Assembly (NCBI GenBank): GCA_963847705.1
Contig: CAWKBC010000030.1
Location: 416,001 to 480,000, forward strand
Length of the DNA stretch: 64,000 nucleotides
Direction: 5' to 3'
DNA from: an uncultured Pseudomonadota bacterium
Lineage (GTDB): Bacteria; Myxococcota_A; Polyangia; Fen-1088
Shown here: piece after piece, positions 61,688 through 64,000 of the stretch
Layout: each line of letters begins with the position of its first letter
Position numbering within the stretch: position 1 is the stretch's first letter
Made by a program: the position numbers and the translations under genes
Notes under the pieces: generated by a model
The model's input: the letters and a program-made list of their open reading frames with translations, nothing else
What the model was told of the DNA's origin: nothing
Database searches by the model: none

Positions 61688-62408
61688 ATGTGGCACCCTT
61701 CGGGGCAAGTGACGTCGTCGGGCGCAGCGCAACTTTGGGGCGGGCTGAAGGTGGCCCGCGTCTCGGACATGGGCGAGGAGGAGCGCGGCGGCAGTGCGGT
61801 CGTCGTCCTGCACGGGTGGGGTGCGCCGGGGGACGATTCTGGTGCCGCTCGCGGAGGCGCTCGGGCGTCCGGGCGTGCGGTTCTTCGTTCCGGCGGCGCC
61901 GCTCCCCGAGATGGGTGGCGGCCGCGCCTGGTGGCACCTGGACCCGAACGCCCGACCGCCGCACGCGGCCACCGATCAACTGCCCCCCGGCTTTCAGCCC
62001 AACCCGGCGGTGGTCGCCGCGCGCGCGGCGGTGCAGGGCCTGCTGGCGACGGTGGCCGACCGCTACGCGCCGACGGCGGTGGCGCTCGTCGGCTTCTCGC
62101 AGGGCGCGATGCTCTCGATCGACGTCGCCCTGGCCGGGGCACCGGCCGTCGATCTGGTGGTGGCGCTGTCCGGCGTCTTGCTGATGGATTCGGTATCGGC
62201 GTTGACGGCGCCGCATCCGAGCCGCCCGCGGTTCCTGCTCACGCATGGCCGCCGCGATCCGGTGGTCGCCTTCTCGAACGGCGACCGCGCCAGGGAGCTG
62301 CTGGAGAAACACGGCTTCTCCGTGACCTGGCGGCCGTTCGACGGGGGCCACGAGATCCCGCGGCCCGTGCTGGCCGACGTGGACCGGTTTCTTTTTCCAC
62401 GGTCGTAG
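61688..62408 (+). CDS. Phospholipase/carboxylesterase (alpha/beta hydrolase); 1-nt frameshift near 61837
   Basis: Removing one T at GATTC 61835-61839 restores VVLHGWGAPGDDLVPL; GFSQG, HGRRDPVV, FDGGHEI triad motifs; start uncertain. Confidence 0.82.
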
Positions 62409-62410
62409 CG

Positions 62411-62860
62411 TCAGCTGGTGAGGCCCCTCAGCAGATGTCTGAGGAGCTGATCGCCGCATTCGCGATAGTTCCGGTGGTCCGGCCGGCGGAAGAGGGCGCT
62501 CAGCTCGCCCTTCGAAACCTCGAGGCCCACCCTGGCCAGGAGCGCGATGAGGTCGTCGTCCTTGAGCGCGAAGGCGACGCGGATCTTCTTCAGCACGGTG
62601 TTGTTGGTGACCGGAAGCTCGATCGGTTGCGGCGGTCGGCTCTCGTCCTTGCCGCGCTTGTAGGTGACCAGGCCGTTGAGGAACTGCGCCATCGCCTTGT
62701 CGCTGCATGGCTGGTAGCCGGCCTCGTCTTCCTTCTTGAGAAGAGCGACGATCTCGTCCCTGCTGATCTCGCGCTGGCCGAGCCGGAAGATGTCGGCGAG
62801 TCCCGCGTCGCTGACGTTCAGCAGATAGCGCAGGCTCCGGAGCACGTCGTTGTGGGTCAT
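62411..62860 (-). CDS. DUF1456 (YehS-like) protein
   Basis: MTHNDVLRSLRY, FLNGLV.YKRG, NN.VLKK.RVAF.L, ELSALFR...HRNYRECGDQ.LR. Confidence 0.9.
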   Translation of the reverse strand: MTHNDVLRSLRYLLNVSDAGLADIFRLGQREISRDEIVALLKKEDEAGYQPCSDKAMAQFLNGLVTYKRGKDESRPPQPIELPVTNNTVLKKIRVAFALKDDDLIALLARVGLEVSKGELSALFRRPDHRNYRECGDQLLRHLLRGLTS

Positions 62861-62867
62861 GTGCGCG

Positions 62868-64000
62868 CTAGCGCGCCAGCCCCACCTTGAACTTCTTGCC
62901 CTTGATGCGGCCGGCGCCCAGCCGCTGGATCGCGCGGTTCGCGCTCCCCTTGGCGATCGCCACGTAGGAAAATCGATCGTGGATCTCGATCTTGCCCACC
63001 TCGCTCCCCTCGAATCCACCCGCCTCGCCCGTCAGCGCGCCCAGGATGTCGCCCGGACGCAGCTTGTCCTTGCGGCCGCCCGAGATGTACAGCGTCTCCA
63101 TCGTGGCGTCGGCGAAGGTGGCCGGGACGATGGCCGGCTGGGGCAGGGGCGCGTCGTCGGCCTTCGCGTCTTTCAGGTCCGTCGAGGGCGACTCCGCCGA
63201 GGGCGTCGCCTGACGCTCCAGCCGTGCCCCGATCGCCGCCTCGATGGCCTTCACCTTGTCGCGATCCTGGGGGCCGACCAGCGACACCGCCGTTCCCGGC
63301 TTCCCGGCGCGTCCCGTGCGTCCGATGCGATGGACGTAGATCTCTGGCTGAAAGGGCAGCTCGAAGTTCACCACCAGATCCAGCCCTTCGATGTCGAGGC
63401 CGCGCGCAGCGACGTCCGTCGCCACCAGGACGCGAATGCTGTGGTTGCGAAACTTCGCCATCACGAAGTCGCGCTCTTTCTGTTCGAGGCCTCCGTGCAG
63501 GCTGGCGCTGCTGACGCCCGCCGCGCCGAGGGCCTGCTCGATCCGGGCGACGGTCGCCTTGAAGTTACAGAAGACGATGGCTGATTCAGGTGGGTTGGTT
63601 CGGAGGATCGCCAGCAGCGTCCCCAGGCGGCCCTGGCCCTTCTGGTCGTCCACGACGTAGGCCAGCTGGCGCAACAGATTCTTCGGTCCGTCCGACTCAC
63701 CGACCTTCAGCCGCTCGGGATTCTGCTGATGCGCCTTGATCATCGCGTCGATCGAGCGCGGATAGGTGGCCGAGAAGAAGACGGTCTGCCGGGGCTTGGG
63801 CGCGCCGCTCAGGATCTTCTCCATCTCCTCGCCGAACCCCATGTCCAGCATGCGGTCGGCCTCGTCGACGACGACGGTCGCGACGCCGCTCAGATCCAGC
63901 GAGCCGCGCACGATGTGGTCGAGCGCCCGGCCCGGCGTTCCCACGACCACGTGGACGCCCAGCGCCAGCGCCGCCAGCTGCGGCTTCATCGGTTGCCCGC
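62868..64000 (-). CDS. dbpA: ATP-dependent DEAD-box RNA helicase DbpA (5' end outside window)
   Basis: GTPGR, DEAD, SAT, ATDVAARGLD, HRIGRTGR, and the DbpA RBD (GGRKDKLRPGDILGAL...GRIKGK). Confidence 0.93.
   Translation of the reverse strand, partial: GQPMKPQLAALALGVHVVVGTPGRALDHIVRGSLDLSGVATVVVDEADRMLDMGFGEEMEKILSGAPKPRQTVFFSATYPRSIDAMIKAHQQNPERLKVGESDGPKNLLRQLAYVVDDQKGQGRLGTLLAILRTNPPESAIVFCNFKATVARIEQALGAAGVSSASLHGGLEQKERDFVMAKFRNHSIRVLVATDVAARGLDIEGLDLVVNFELPFQPEIYVHRIGRTGRAGKPGTAVSLVGPQDRDKVKAIEAAIGARLERQATPSAESPSTDLKDAKADDAPLPQPAIVPATFADATMETLYISGGRKDKLRPGDILGALTGEAGGFEGSEVGKIEIHDRFSYVAIAKGSANRAIQRLGAGRIKGKKFKVGLAR

Overview
Very GC-rich bacterial chromosomal DNA. The gene families (Cys-rich and Gly/Thr-linker lipoproteins, MoxR/DUF58/BatA/DUF4175 set, CsgA-like SDR) point to Myxococcota, probably Polyangia-like; this is inference. 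About 60 CDS/pseudogenes can be supported. I saw no rRNA, tRNA, CRISPR array, transposase, integrase or recognisable anti-phage system. Bases 1-20 kb are mostly conserved envelope/metabolic genes (mce, nagZ, O-methyltransferase, MoxR module, GH3, DUF4175 plus TPR-gluzincin, GT51 transglycosylase). Bases ~23-56 kb are a patchwork of secreted proteins, detox/resistance genes (MarR-aquaglyceroporin-ArsC operon flanked by a persulfide dioxygenase-rhodanese and an ArsN1/PAT-like GNAT; AAC(3)-I; TetR-MFS) and several gene scars. Bases 56-64 kb hold HAD, RNB RNase, LOG, DUF4142, PTS EI, carboxylesterase, DUF1456 and DbpA. The most notable signals are: (1) pervasive leaderless-type gene starts (TANNNT 5-9 nt before the start codon), including a leaderless uORF coupled to nagZ and a likely bidirectional -10 element; (2) an ArsR-less, Cys-pair-MarR-controlled arsenic operon with a perfect palindromic operator, next to sulfur-transfer and acetyltransferase genes; (3) an AT-hook/zinc-finger nucleoid-protein candidate in an AT-rich island; (4) single-base frameshifts clustering at CGATCT/AGATCG, probably a methylation-linked sequencing artefact. 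All product calls come from motif reading by eye; no database search was run.
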